DNA from: an uncultured Chromatiaceae bacterium
GTDB lineage: Bacteria > Pseudomonadota > Gammaproteobacteria > Tenderiales > Tenderiaceae
DNA length: 64,000 bases
Direction: 5' to 3'
Assembly (NCBI GenBank): GCA_947085765.1
Contig: CAMTXZ010000005.1
Location: 13,583-77,582 of the forward strand
Shown here: positions 39,105-50,900 of the stretch, piece after piece
Position numbering within the stretch: the first letter of the stretch is position 1
Layout of the letters: every line of letters begins with the position of its first letter
The notes under the pieces: model-generated
What the model was told of the DNA's origin: nothing
Databases searched by the model: none
What the model saw: the letters and a program-made list of their open reading frames with translations, nothing else
Translations under genes and position numbers: made by a program

Positions 39105-40712
39105 ATGGTATTACTACTGACATTTGTGATTGCTATGCTCATCACTATGGTATTGATACCGCCGTTGATGCGGGGTGCAGCGCGTTTTAAGTTTGTTGAT
39201 ATACCCGATGGTCGCAAGGTTCATGTTGGCGCTATTCCCCGTATTGGTGGTATTGCTATGGCTATTGGTGCTGTGGTGCCGATGGTCATCTGGTTGCCGC
39301 TAAATAGTGAGGTGGCGGGTGTATTGATGGGGTTGGCAATAATCCTGATCTTCGGTGTTTGGGATGATCGTGTTGATCTTGACTACCGCCTTAAATTCTT
39401 AGGGCAGGGTATGGCGATCGCCAGCATTATATTCTATGGTGATGTACATATAACCAGTATTCCATTTTTGGATATGGAGGAGTTGCCGTACTGGCTGAGT
39501 ATATCGTTGACGATGTTTGTTTTGCTGGGAGTGACAAATGCGATAAATCTTAGTGATGGCCTTGATGGTCTTGCGGCAGGCACAACACTTCTGAGTTTAG
39601 GTTTGATTGCATTTCTTGCCTATGGTGTAGGGCTTAATGCTGTGAGTCTGATTGGCTTGGCGGTAATGGGAAGCATCCTCGGTTTTTTGCGTTTTAACAC
39701 TCATCCAGCGCGTATTTTTATGGGTGATGGTGGTAGTCAATTACTGGGCCTGACAGTGGGTGTATTAGCGCTGATGCTAACCCAGGGACGACGTGCCGAT
39801 TTTAGTCCCATGTTGCCGTTCCTTCTGCTGGGATTGCCACTGCTTGATACAGCCTTGGTGATGGCTAAGCGTATATCTGAAGGCAGGTCCCCTTTCAGTC
39901 CTGATCGCAATCATATCCATCACCGGCTGCTGGCATTGGGGTTAAATCATTACGAAGTGGTTTTTGTCATTTATCTGCTGCAGGCATGTTTGGCGGCAGC
40001 TGCTTATCTTTTGCGTTATGCACATGACTTAAGTGTATTGATGGTATTTTCGCTATTTTGTGGTGCGGTCATTACGCTCTTGTCACTGACGCAACAAGGG
40101 AACTGGCAGATGCCACGTATTTCACCACAGCGTTTGAATCAGATTAGACGTGTTGGACGTGATGGTCTGTTAGCGCGGATTGCACTTGTTTATGTCATAT
40201 TTATATTGCCATTTTTTATGGTCTCTGCAGCATTTCTGGTCTCTGATGTCTCGGCTGATATTGCATTGTTGAGCTTGGCGCTGTTGTTGCTATTACTGTT
40301 TGAATACTGGCGCTGCCGTGAGTCTCTAATCTCATGGATAGAGCGAGGCATTGTGTATATTGTGGTGGCGGTTCTGCTATACCTTGTTGGATTCGCTCAT
40401 GAAAAACTGCCGTTGAGTCAGTTTTTCTTTGCTGCATTGGTTGTTGCTGTTGTGATTGGTTTTAGGTATTCGAAGGATAATGGTTTTTCAGCTAACCCAT
40501 CTGATTTCCTGATTGTTCTGTTGGCGATTGCCCTGCCGACATTGCCACAAGCACAACAAATAGCCCCTTTTTGGACCGACTACATCCCAAAACTTGTGGT
40601 GCTCTATTACGCCATCGAGATGGTGTTGCCAAGTGTGGCTAAACGTACCGGCATGGTTCGTCTTCTGACAAGTTCGATACTTGTGATTATTCTCATTCGT
40701 GGTGTTCTGTAA
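39105..40712 (+). CDS. Polyprenyl-phosphate sugar-1-phosphate transferase, WecA/MraY family (GT4 MraY-like) with long C-terminal membrane extension
   Basis: Signature NAINLSDGLDGLAAG, DD motif (VWDDRVDL) and ~10 TM helices in the first 330 aa. An additional ~200 aa of TM helices follows. Confidence 0.8.
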   Translation: MVLLLTFVIAMLITMVLIPPLMRGAARFKFVDIPDGRKVHVGAIPRIGGIAMAIGAVVPMVIWLPLNSEVAGVLMGLAIILIFGVWDDRVDLDYRLKFLGQGMAIASIIFYGDVHITSIPFLDMEELPYWLSISLTMFVLLGVTNAINLSDGLDGLAAGTTLLSLGLIAFLAYGVGLNAVSLIGLAVMGSILGFLRFNTHPARIFMGDGGSQLLGLTVGVLALMLTQGRRADFSPMLPFLLLGLPLLDTALVMAKRISEGRSPFSPDRNHIHHRLLALGLNHYEVVFVIYLLQACLAAAAYLLRYAHDLSVLMVFSLFCGAVITLLSLTQQGNWQMPRISPQRLNQIRRVGRDGLLARIALVYVIFILPFFMVSAAFLVSDVSADIALLSLALLLLLLFEYWRCRESLISWIERGIVYIVVAVLLYLVGFAHEKLPLSQFFFAALVVAVVIGFRYSKDNGFSANPSDFLIVLLAIALPTLPQAQQIAPFWTDYIPKLVVLYYAIEMVLPSVAKRTGMVRLLTSSILVIILIRGVL

Positions 40713-40777
40713 TAGAAATGTAAACAGACCGCGTTACAGTGACGCCATTCAAGTAATGTGTCACTGAAGGAATTCAC

Positions 40778-43177
40778 ATGTTCTCACCTCACCTGTTTCG
40801 TTGTGTCTCTGTTTTTGCCATAGGTAGTACGTTATTGCTCACGGCTTGTAATGGGGCGGATGGGCGTAAGGTTGAGTTTATGGAGCGTGGCAATCAATTA
40901 TATGCGCAGGAAAATTATGAGAAGGCACGGCTTGAATTTAAGAACGTGCTGCAGATTGATCCTAAAAATGTAGAGGCACTTTACCAGCTTGGCCAGCTTG
41001 ATGAACTCTCCCAGAACTGGCGTTCAGCCGCTTCAAACTACCAGCGTGTGATCGATATTGATGCGGAGAATGTGGCAGCGCGTGTTCGTATGGGGCGACT
41101 CTACCTGCTCTCTGGTGCGGTTGATAAGGCCGTTGAATTGGCGGATGAGGCGCTGACTAAAGCGCCAGAGAATGCTGATGCTCTGGTGCTTAAGGCGGCG
41201 GTATTGGCTAAACAGCAGAAGTTGGACGAGGCAATGGTGATTGCCCGTCAGGTGGTGGAGAAGGACCCTTCTAATATTGATGCCATCATTCTGCTGGCTG
41301 GTCTGGAGCGGGTTCAGGGCAATACGAAGGAAGCGTTGGCACTGCTACAACAAGGTGCGATTAGTAATCCCAAACATTTGGGTATAAAGCTGGTATTGGC
41401 CGAAACACTCGGAGCGCAGGGTGATAGCACCCAAGGGGCGCAGATTTTACGTGATGTGATTACACTTAAACCCGATGATCTTTCACATCGTTTGCGTCTG
41501 GCCGCGTATCTGGAAGCGAATAAGGAGTATGTACAGGCCGAGTCGGTGCTGCGCGATGCAGTTGCGATGGATGATGATCAAGCGCGTGTGCGTCTGGTAC
41601 TGGTAAATTTTATCCATCAGCATGGTACTCCAGAACAGTCTGCTGCGCAGTTGCAGGAGTTTATCAGCAAGGATCCCAAGGCCTATACGCTCCAGTTTGC
41701 GTTTGCCGCCGAGCGTGAACGGATCGGGCAGACTGCTGAGGCAATAAGTACCTATAGAGATGTGATCAAGAGTGCTGAAGAGGGGCCGGCGGGATTAACC
41801 GCCCGTTCCCGACTCGCTCGTCTGTTAGTGACAGAGGGTAACAGCCAGGAAGCCGAACAGTTGATCGCTGAGGTGTTAAAGCAAAACGCTAATGATAGCG
41901 ATGCGCTGTTGCTCCATGCCAGCATGGCATTGACTAAGGGTGATGCTGCAACGGCAGTGGCCAAGCTGCGTAATGTGCTGCGTGATCAGCCGGATAATCT
42001 TCAGGCTTTGAAGATGTTGGCTCAGGCTCATGCCCTCAACAACGAGCAGGAGCTGGCGTCAGAAGCCTTGCACAAGGCTGCGGTACTGGCACCAAAAGAT
42101 ATAGGAGTCAAGCTGGGGCTGGCCGAGATGTTGATGCGGCAAGGAAAGCTCAATACCGCACGCACGTTGGTTGAAGAGGTGTTGGCTGCCGATGCAACAC
42201 AGCAGCAGGCGCTAGAGGCGATATTCAAATTTCAGATGGCGGGCAAGGAGTGGCAAGCGGCTGAGGCAACGGCGGCAACCATGCTCAAGGCTCATCCAGA
42301 TCTGGCACAGGGCAATTACTACAGCGGCGTGGTGCTGGAGGCACAGGGTAAGACTGGGGCGGCAATTGTCTCTTTCCACAAAGCACTGGAGAAGAGTCCT
42401 GAATCGGTTGAGCCGTTGTTGGCTATCGTCAAGGCTGAACTCTCGCAACGGCAGCCGCAAAAGGCATTGACACTGCTGGATAGTGTGATCAAGAAAAACC
42501 AGAACAATTTTGTCGCGCAAAATCTGCGCGGTGAGGTGTTGATGCTCCAGGGTAAGGCGGAGGAGGCCGAAAAGGCGTTTAGTAGCGCCATTGGACTTAA
42601 CCCTAAAATTGCCTCTACCTATCGCAATCTTGGTACTGCACGTCTGGCTCGTGATGATATGGCCGGTGCCTTCAAAGCGTATGAAGAGGGCATGAAGCAG
42701 CTACCCGATAATGAGATGTTGGCTTACTCCATGGCGGCGCTTGATGAACGTCAAGGGGAATTCGATCGCGCTATCAGTCGTTATGAAACGCTGCTCAAGC
42801 GTAATCCTAACTCGGCGATGGCAAAAAATAATCTAGCCATGCTGTTGGTTACACATCGCAGCGATCAAGAGAGTCTTAATCGGGCACGCGATCTGGCATT
42901 GATGCTGTCAAGCAGTAGTGAGCCAGCCTACCTCGATACTGTAGGTTGGGTTCAGTACCGCCGTGCCGAGATTGATCAGGCACTCGCCACGCTTGAGAGT
43001 GCCTTGAAAAAAGTCCCTTCGGCGCCGCAGATAAATTACCACCTGGGCATGGTCTATTACAGCAAGGGTGACAGTGCTGCCGCGCTCCGTCACCTTGAAC
43101 AGGCACTCTCCGCCAAGGTTGAGTTCCAGGGTATTGATGAAGCACGTACTACCTTGAATAAATTGAAGAGCAGTTGA
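40778..43177 (+). CDS. prsT: PEP-CTERM-system TPR-repeat lipoprotein (PrsT-like)
   Basis: Lipobox LLLTAC. ~20 tandem TPR repeats over 799 aa. Genomic context is next to the exosortase. Confidence 0.8.
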   Translation: MFSPHLFRCVSVFAIGSTLLLTACNGADGRKVEFMERGNQLYAQENYEKARLEFKNVLQIDPKNVEALYQLGQLDELSQNWRSAASNYQRVIDIDAENVAARVRMGRLYLLSGAVDKAVELADEALTKAPENADALVLKAAVLAKQQKLDEAMVIARQVVEKDPSNIDAIILLAGLERVQGNTKEALALLQQGAISNPKHLGIKLVLAETLGAQGDSTQGAQILRDVITLKPDDLSHRLRLAAYLEANKEYVQAESVLRDAVAMDDDQARVRLVLVNFIHQHGTPEQSAAQLQEFISKDPKAYTLQFAFAAERERIGQTAEAISTYRDVIKSAEEGPAGLTARSRLARLLVTEGNSQEAEQLIAEVLKQNANDSDALLLHASMALTKGDAATAVAKLRNVLRDQPDNLQALKMLAQAHALNNEQELASEALHKAAVLAPKDIGVKLGLAEMLMRQGKLNTARTLVEEVLAADATQQQALEAIFKFQMAGKEWQAAEATAATMLKAHPDLAQGNYYSGVVLEAQGKTGAAIVSFHKALEKSPESVEPLLAIVKAELSQRQPQKALTLLDSVIKKNQNNFVAQNLRGEVLMLQGKAEEAEKAFSSAIGLNPKIASTYRNLGTARLARDDMAGAFKAYEEGMKQLPDNEMLAYSMAALDERQGEFDRAISRYETLLKRNPNSAMAKNNLAMLLVTHRSDQESLNRARDLALMLSSSSEPAYLDTVGWVQYRRAEIDQALATLESALKKVPSAPQINYHLGMVYYSKGDSAAALRHLEQALSAKVEFQGIDEARTTLNKLKSS

Positions 43178-43188
43178 GAGTAGATGCA

Positions 43189-44340
43189 ATGAAGCGTGCG
43201 TTGATTACCGGCATCACCGGGCAAGATGGGGCTTATTTGGCAGAACTTCTGCTTAACAAGGGGTATGAAGTACATGGCATCAAACGGCGTAGCTCGTCGT
43301 TTAATACTGACCGTATCGACCATCTCTATCAGGATCCTCATGAGAGTAGGCGGCGCCTGATCCTTCATTATGGTGACATGACTGATTCGACAAACTTGAT
43401 TCGCATTGTGCAACAAGTGCAGCCAGACGAGATCTACAACCTTGCGGCACAGAGTCATGTGGCAGTCTCGTTTGAATCTCCTGAATACACCGCGAATGCT
43501 GATGGTATCGGTGTGCTGCGACTGCTTGAGGCGATTCGCATCCTGGGCCTGGAGCAGAAGACCCGTTTTTATCAGGCCTCTACCTCAGAGCTTTATGGCT
43601 TGGTGCAAGAGACGCCACAACGCGAAACTACGCCGTTTTACCCGCGTTCGCCCTACGCAGCAGCAAAGCTCTATGGTTACTGGATCACCGTCAACTATCG
43701 CGAGGCCTACGGCATGTATGCCTGCAATGGCATTCTATTCAACCATGAGAGCCCGATCCGCGGTGAGACCTTTGTTACCCGCAAAATTACCCGTGCCCTG
43801 GCGCGTATTGCGCTTGGCTTACAGCCCTCACTTTACCTTGGTAACATGGATGCTAAACGCGATTGGGGCCATGCCCGCGATTATGTCGAGATGCAGTGGT
43901 TGATGCTGCAACAGGAGGTAGCTCATGATTATGTAATTGCTACCGGCATTCAATACAGCGTACGTTGTTTTGTTGAGCAGGCGGCGCAGCATCTGGGCAT
44001 CACCATCGCTTGGCATGGCACAGGTATTGACGAGGTGGGTATTGTCGAGGCCGTGGCGGGAGGTGACGTGCCTCTCATGAGTCAGCACGCTACTGGCATA
44101 AAACGTCCCGCTGTTAAAGCGGGGGATGTCATCGTACGGGTTGATCCCCGCTATTTTCGTCCGACTGAGGTGGAGAGCCTGCTGGGTGATGCTGAAAAAG
44201 CTCGCATCAATCTGGGGTGGACCCCACAGATCAGTTTTGCCGAACTTGTGGCTGAGATGATGAGTGAAGATCTGAAGGGCGCATCCCGTGACCATCTGGT
44301 GACACAGCACGGTTTTAACGCCTATAGTCACCATGAATAA
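43189..44340 (+). CDS. gmd: GDP-mannose 4,6-dehydratase
   Basis: [47 protein letters not shown]... is near-identical in pattern to E. coli Gmd. RBS GAGAG 8 nt upstream. Confidence 0.92.
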   Translation: MKRALITGITGQDGAYLAELLLNKGYEVHGIKRRSSSFNTDRIDHLYQDPHESRRRLILHYGDMTDSTNLIRIVQQVQPDEIYNLAAQSHVAVSFESPEYTANADGIGVLRLLEAIRILGLEQKTRFYQASTSELYGLVQETPQRETTPFYPRSPYAAAKLYGYWITVNYREAYGMYACNGILFNHESPIRGETFVTRKITRALARIALGLQPSLYLGNMDAKRDWGHARDYVEMQWLMLQQEVAHDYVIATGIQYSVRCFVEQAAQHLGITIAWHGTGIDEVGIVEAVAGGDVPLMSQHATGIKRPAVKAGDVIVRVDPRYFRPTEVESLLGDAEKARINLGWTPQISFAELVAEMMSEDLKGASRDHLVTQHGFNAYSHHE

Positions 44341-44364
44341 TTACGCAGGTGGTAGGACTATGGT

Positions 44365-45303
44365 ATGTCGAACACTATAAGTGCATCCTCAAGGATCTAC
44401 GTTGCCGGCCATGGTGGATTGGTTGGCGCGGCCATTGTCAGACGTTTGAGGGCAGAGGGGCTGGACAACCTTATTCTCCGTACACACAGCGAGCTTGATC
44501 TTAAAGATCAAACCGCAGTACGCAGTTTTTTTGCGCAAGAGCGCCCCGAGTTTGTCTTTGCTGCTGCCGCCAAAGTTGGCGGTATTCTGGCCAATAGTCT
44601 ATGCCCCGCCGATTTTATTTTCGATAACCTTCAGATACAGAATAATCTCATCGATTGTGCCTGGCGTAGTGGGGTGAAGAAACTGCTGTTTCTTGGTTCC
44701 TCGTGTATCTATCCGCGCAATGCCCCGCAGCCTATTAAAGAGGAGTATCTGCTGAGTGGATCCTTGGAAGAGAGCAACCAATGGTATGCCATAGCCAAGA
44801 TTGCGGGGATTAAAATGTGTCAGGCCTATCGCCGCCAGTATGGTTTTAACGCCATTTCTGCAATGCCTACCAATCTCTATGGTCAGGGTGATAACTTCGA
44901 TTTAACCAGCTCACATGTATTGCCTGCGCTAATTCGCAAGTTCCATGAGGCTACGCTGCAATCAACGCCAGTAGTGGAGGTGTGGGGCACAGGCACACCA
45001 CGGCGTGAATTTCTTCATGTTGAAGATCTCGCCGATGCCTCTCTCTACCTCATGCGCCATTACGACGAAGAGCTACATATAAATGTAGGGGTTGGCAGCG
45101 ATATCTCCATCCGTGAGCTGGCAGAGTTAATCCAGGCCATTACCGGTTATCAGGGCAAGATAGTGTGGGATGCAACCAAGCCTGATGGTACGCCGCGCAA
45201 GTTGCTGGATGTCAGCCGTATTCATGCGCTTGGTTGGCAAGCCCGTATTCCGCTGGATGAGGGGATACGTTTTACCTGGGAGTGGTATCGAAAACAGTTA
45301 TGA
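44365..45303 (+). CDS. fcl: GDP-L-fucose synthase (GDP-4-keto-6-deoxymannose 3,5-epimerase/4-reductase)
   Basis: High similarity pattern to E. coli Fcl/WcaG throughout ([18 protein letters not shown]...[11 protein letters not shown]...[10 protein letters not shown]...MPTNLYG...[12 protein letters not shown]). Confidence 0.92.
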   Translation: MSNTISASSRIYVAGHGGLVGAAIVRRLRAEGLDNLILRTHSELDLKDQTAVRSFFAQERPEFVFAAAAKVGGILANSLCPADFIFDNLQIQNNLIDCAWRSGVKKLLFLGSSCIYPRNAPQPIKEEYLLSGSLEESNQWYAIAKIAGIKMCQAYRRQYGFNAISAMPTNLYGQGDNFDLTSSHVLPALIRKFHEATLQSTPVVEVWGTGTPRREFLHVEDLADASLYLMRHYDEELHINVGVGSDISIRELAELIQAITGYQGKIVWDATKPDGTPRKLLDVSRIHALGWQARIPLDEGIRFTWEWYRKQL

Positions 45304-45892
45304 GTTTGTAACTCTTGCCTCACTGCCGCGTTGGACCGTACGCCAGTGAGTGTATGAGTTGGCCCGGCTATGGGTTCGGTTTATATCATCGCCAATTCAG
45401 AACCGAGCCGTTTCTTGTTGAGTTTTTTGCCCATCGACACTCTTAATAGAATATCCTTCCCTCCGTGATAAGTTCATCCCAGCTGCCTTGCCGTTCTCAG
45501 TCGCATCAACAGGATAGTGACCCAAAGTCTATTGATCTACAGGGTAGATAGCCTTCCCCTGATAAGGGGTAATGGACTGATCAAGGTTTTTGCTGTGTCA
45601 CCTATCTTTCCAGAATAAATGGCCGATAGCTCTAAGATTCTCTATAAGTTAATTTATGATGGCGCTTACCAAAAATAATACTGAAAGGCATTTAACCGAT
45701 TCAGGGGCGATTGTGTGATTCCAGGCCGACACTCCACAGAGATCAAACCAGACCAAAGCAAAGATATTCTGTTGCAGGAGGAGGTATCAGGGCTGTTGTA
45801 TGACGGTTTACCTTCAGCCCTGTTCGCTAATGCGCTGCTCGCCACCCTATTAGTGTTTGTACAGTGGCCGGTGATTAATCCCATAGCAGCGA

Positions 45893-47962
45893 GTGGCTGG
45901 CTTGCTTGTATTGTTGGGTGTGGTGTTGGTAGTACGTATTGTGATGTATCTGAGCTATCGACGCCTTCGCGCTGTATCAGCGAGTCCAAAAATGGACCTT
46001 TTGCAACAGTTTCGTCTGGGGGCCATCGCCACCGGTGTGGTTTGGGGAATACATGTCCTGTTGCTCTTTCACGCTGAGGATATTGCTCATCAGGTCTTTT
46101 TAGTCTTTGTGATTGCTGGGGTCAGCTCGGGCGCTATCACCTCACTGAGTGCTGATCGCACCTCCGCGCTCGGTTTTGTAATTCCCTCCACATTTCCTCT
46201 GGTGCCTATGTTGCTCATGGTTGGCGGTACGTTATCGTTGACTATGAGCGTGATGGTGCTGCTGTTTTTGGCGTACGTTATGGCGAGTTCCTCGCGCTTA
46301 CAGTATCAACTCCATGAAAACATTCGTCTGCGCAACGAGTCAAGCGTGCAAGAGATTAATATTCGCCGTCAGCAGCAACTCAATAAAGTAATAGCCCATG
46401 CCCAGTCGGAATTCATTTGCGAAACAGATCGTCGCAAGGCTTTTGATGGTCTGCTCCTGGATATCCTTGAGTTAACCAGCAGTGAATATGGTTTTATTGG
46501 TGAGGTGCTCTATACCCAGCAGGGCGTCCCTTATCTGAAGACCTATGCCATCACCAACATCGCCTGGAATGACGCCACGCGCACTTTTTACGAGACCAAT
46601 GCCCCGCAAGGCATGGAATTTGGCAATATTAAAACGCTGTTTGGTGCTGCGCTGACCAGTGGACAACCCGTTATCGCCAATGACCCCTATCATGATCCGC
46701 GCCGTGGCGGTTTGCCTGAAGGGCACCCGGTGCTCAACGCTTTTCTCGGCATTCCAATTCACCATGGTGAGGTACTGGTGGCGATGATTGGCATCTCTAA
46801 CCGGCCTGGGGGTTACGATCAGGCGTTAGTTGATTATCTGCAGCCGCTTATCATTACCGTAGGACAACTTGTGGCGGCATTGCGTATTCAGCAACAGCAT
46901 CAAATGAGTCAAAAGGCACTGGATCAGTTCAAGAGTACGCTTGACCGTACACTCGACTGTGTTTTTATGTTTGATGCCATCAGTTTGAAATTCTTTTATG
47001 TCAATGAAGGTGGCTTACGCCAAGTGGGATATAGCCGTGAGGAATTATTGACAATGCGGCCTTACGATATCAAACCGGATCTCAGTGAAAAGCAATTTCT
47101 CGAATTGATCGCGCCACTCATTAGTGGTGAAAAAGATATGCTGACATTTGAGACCATGCATCAGCATAAAAATGGCCAGTGTGTACCGGTGGAGATTTTT
47201 CTGCAGTACATGGCGCCACAAGATGAACCCTCACGTTTTGTCGCCATCGTGCGTGACGTAACTGAACGCAAACGTATTGAACGCATGAAGAGTGAATTTG
47301 TCTCCACAGTCAGTCATGAGCTTCGCACACCGCTCACTTCAATTTCGGGCGCGTTAGGGTTGATTGCAGGGGGTGCTTTGGGTGTGTTTCCTGAAAAGGC
47401 GAACGAGCTTATTTCTATCGCGCACAAAAACAGCCTGCGTCTGACTTTTCTGATTAATGATCTATTGGATATGGAAAAGCTGACAGCAGGAAAGGTGCAG
47501 TTTAATATGCAGATCTGCCCCTTGACGCCCCTGATAAAACAGGCTCTAGAAACGAATCGGATTTACGGTTCCGAGCGCCAGGTGACAATGAGATTAATTG
47601 AGCCGGTTGCTGAAGTGATGGTACAGGTTGATGGCCAGCGGATCATGCAGGTGCTGTCGAATCTCTTGTCTAATTCCATCAAATTTTCACCCGAAAATGG
47701 GGCGGTCGATGTGACTGTCACCTTGAAGTCAGGATGGGTTCGAATCAGCGTGATCGACGATGGCCCCGGTATTCCCGCAACATTTCATGAACATGTTTTT
47801 CAGAAGTTTGCCCAGGCAGACTCCTCGGATACACGGCAAAAAGGCGGAACCGGTCTGGGTCTTGCGATTACCCGGGAATTGGTTGAGAGGATGGGCGGGC
47901 AGGTCGGGTTTGAGTCGGTTGAGAACGAAGGTGCCAGCTTCTTTTTCGAACTTCCTGTGTAA
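45893..47962 (+). CDS. Membrane sensor histidine kinase with GAF and PAS domains
   Basis: N-terminal multi-TM module, a GAF-like region, a PAS region, HisKA (FVSTVSHELRTPLTSISGAL) and HATPase_c (N, D/G1, G2 boxes). An upstream frame-1 ORF 45715..46077 carries TM-like sequence, which may indicate a frameshift. Confidence 0.8.
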   Translation: MAGLLVLLGVVLVVRIVMYLSYRRLRAVSASPKMDLLQQFRLGAIATGVVWGIHVLLLFHAEDIAHQVFLVFVIAGVSSGAITSLSADRTSALGFVIPSTFPLVPMLLMVGGTLSLTMSVMVLLFLAYVMASSSRLQYQLHENIRLRNESSVQEINIRRQQQLNKVIAHAQSEFICETDRRKAFDGLLLDILELTSSEYGFIGEVLYTQQGVPYLKTYAITNIAWNDATRTFYETNAPQGMEFGNIKTLFGAALTSGQPVIANDPYHDPRRGGLPEGHPVLNAFLGIPIHHGEVLVAMIGISNRPGGYDQALVDYLQPLIITVGQLVAALRIQQQHQMSQKALDQFKSTLDRTLDCVFMFDAISLKFFYVNEGGLRQVGYSREELLTMRPYDIKPDLSEKQFLELIAPLISGEKDMLTFETMHQHKNGQCVPVEIFLQYMAPQDEPSRFVAIVRDVTERKRIERMKSEFVSTVSHELRTPLTSISGALGLIAGGALGVFPEKANELISIAHKNSLRLTFLINDLLDMEKLTAGKVQFNMQICPLTPLIKQALETNRIYGSERQVTMRLIEPVAEVMVQVDGQRIMQVLSNLLSNSIKFSPENGAVDVTVTLKSGWVRISVIDDGPGIPATFHEHVFQKFAQADSSDTRQKGGTGLGLAITRELVERMGGQVGFESVENEGASFFFELPV

Positions 47963-47990
47963 ACAGCATACACAAACACTGTTTTTGTTT
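47961..47990 (+). terminator. Hairpin + T-run after histidine kinase stop (shared with convergent gene)
   Basis: aaacag-N12-ctgttt followed by TTTGTTTT. Confidence 0.35.
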
Positions 47991-50900
47991 TAACCGCTTT
48001 CTGTGGATAGGTTTTTTAGAAGTTTGGGTCGGGCGATGGCGTAACCCTGAACATAATCCACCCCCATGTCTTTTAGCAGATAAATGGTGGACTCCTTTTC
48101 AACACATTCGGCAATGATTTTTTTGCCCATGAAGTGACCTATCTCCGTGATCGATCTCACCACTGCCTTGTCACTATTGTTGGTTTCAAGATCGCGGATA
48201 AAAGAGCCATCTATTTTTATAAAATCCACGGGCAGGTTTTTCAAATAGGAGTAGGTCGACATGCCGGTGCCAAAATCATCCAGTGAAAAACGACAGCCGG
48301 TCTTTTTGATGGTATTGATAAACTCAGCTGCGCTGGAGAGAGACTCTATGCCCGCCGTCTCGGTGATTTCAAAGGTGATGTAGTCGGTAGAAATTTCCAG
48401 CAGTGCTATCTGTTCCAGGATAAAGGGGATGAAACTTTCATCGTTGTTCGACAGGCCCGACAGATTCACGGCCACTCCGCCAATGGTATCAACTACGTGA
48501 GGATTGTTGTTCAGGTAGGAAAACACATTTTTCACTACCCAGCGATCAATCTCTGGCATACGGCGATATTTTTCTGCTGCCAGGATAAAGGGTTCGGGTG
48601 ATACCAGTGAGCCACCTTCATTTGTCACCCCCAGTAATATTTCTGAATGGTGCTCCATGACGTCATTACCTATCGGAGTAATAGGCTGGTAGCGTAGCAC
48701 CAGACTGTCATTGGCCAGGCAGTCATCAATCTTTGAGGCCCAGGCCATCAGCTGTTTGGTCTCCTGAATATGTTTATCATTTTCGTCCACCACGTGCATG
48801 CAGTTCAAACCTTTGCTCTTGGCCAGACGGCAGGCAGCCTCGGCGGTCTGCAATAAGCGGGTGACATCCTGTTGTTGAAGATTGATAGGCACGATGCCGG
48901 CGCTGAGTGTCACCAGGGTGCTGCCTTCTTCAAATCTAAAGCGATAATTTGCCAACTGATCTTTCTGCTTTTCAACGATTGCTATCGCTTGTTGCATGGA
49001 ACAACCCGTCAGTAGTACTGCAAATTCATTACCACCCACTCTGCCGAGTACACTGAAAGAGGAGAAAAACTGTTTGATAAAATCGGCAATCTCTATCAAT
49101 AACTGGTCACCCGCATCATAACCAAAGGTGGTGTTTATGATTTCGAAATAGTCGATATCAAAAATACAGAGAGTATTCAATTCAGCAGCGGCGCTGTTAT
49201 CCAGCAGCTCGCCCTTCATCTGTTTTTCAAATTCACGCCGATTCAAAAGTGCCGTCAGTTGATCATGGGTGGTCTCATGCATGAGTTGGGAGTGTAGTTT
49301 ATGCAGCATGCTGTACTGCGCGCGGTCCACCGCCGGTTCATCGACATTTTCCAGAAACAGCGCGTTATCTGACTCCAGCAGACGTGCCAGATGATCAATG
49401 CCGATAGCCCCCTCTAATAAACCAAGCATGTTTATAAATACATACTGATCATGATTGTCCGTGACCCAGGCCAGCTTCAGGCGGGTTGATTTTTGTGAGC
49501 CGGCATCGAACAGAATCCAGTCGCCGATGTGTATGCGCCTGATACGCTTGCGCCATTTTTGCAGCTGAAATCCGTTTGGCACGGGCAGGGTCGCGGGGGA
49601 TAGTTTGAGTTTCAATGCCGGGAGTTCTGCCTGGGTCTCGCACCGTTCCAGGGTCTCACTGAAGTTGTCGTTATAGGCCTTGCTCTGAAGTTCGACCAGG
49701 GCGTTGATTTTTTTCAGCAGGGATGACATCAACTGACTGTCCATTCCCGACTGTGATGCAACCTGTTTGAGCAGTCCCTCTATGGTGCGTTTGATGGAGT
49801 TGCTGATGTAATCACGACCCTCATCATTATAGAGTTCAAGCTTGGCCAGTTGATTGATAAAGGTTCTGGCAACATGGCCCTTATCCGCCAATACCGACTC
49901 ATCCCTGATCGCTTCATGAAGCAGCGACAGCTCGATTTTACTCAGCCACTGTTTGACCCCGGAGGTGATAATCTCGTCATTGTAGAGGGCGTCATAAATT
50001 GACCCCGTTGTCTCCATAATGGCGGCTTCTCTTGGGTCAAGACGATATTCACCCTCATCACCTGCCAACTGTGCCAGTAATTGCAGGGATAAAGAGCTTA
50101 ATTCGCCATTGCCTGTTTCTGTAACCTCAGTGGATGTTGCTTGCCGGGACAGCTCTGAAAGTTTGCCGAGAAGCTTTTGAGTGCTGATTGTGGGGCGATC
50201 CGAGTGGCTGTCATCAACATCCCCACGTTTGATTGACTGTAAGTTAGTGATCAGATCATAGAGGTTTTTACCATCATCACTGCCATCCAAGGCATCTAGA
50301 AATTTTTTGGCACTATCGATATCGGCTTTTGGTTTGTTACGCCGACGCGGTTTGCCGGTATCTTTTTCTACCTTAATTTCATACTGTAACGCTGGCAGAA
50401 CTCCATGTTTGACCAGGTACTGATTCATCGTCTGGTAAAGCTCGCCCAGATCATTAATCAGGATATCGCGGAAAACTTTGCAGCAGAGCAGATAAGTGTC
50501 TCTGCTGATATCCAGCTCTTTTAAGGCATCCTGAAAGATACGGGAGAATACCTCGGGACCCACGGGACTATTCTGTTTCCATATCCTCATTCCCAGCAAC
50601 AGGGAGAGGCGTTGTTCAATGCCGGCAAGCTCCTCAAGATAGGATGACTCCGCCTTGTCAGAGATGTCGGAGCGGGCAATCCAGTCATCCAAGGCATCAT
50701 CATCGACCAGCGCTAGAGTCTCTGATGCCAGCTTGTCCTCCTGGGTGCCCAGTGTCTGATCGATGTTTGCTGGTTTTGAGAAGACAACCTGATGCATGCC
50801 GTTGAGAAAGGCGGTCCGGAAAGTTTTACTCTGTTGCTTGAAGGTTTTTATTGCGGAAAAATAGCCATTCTGTGCGGTGATGTTAGTGGCCTTGTCGGCC

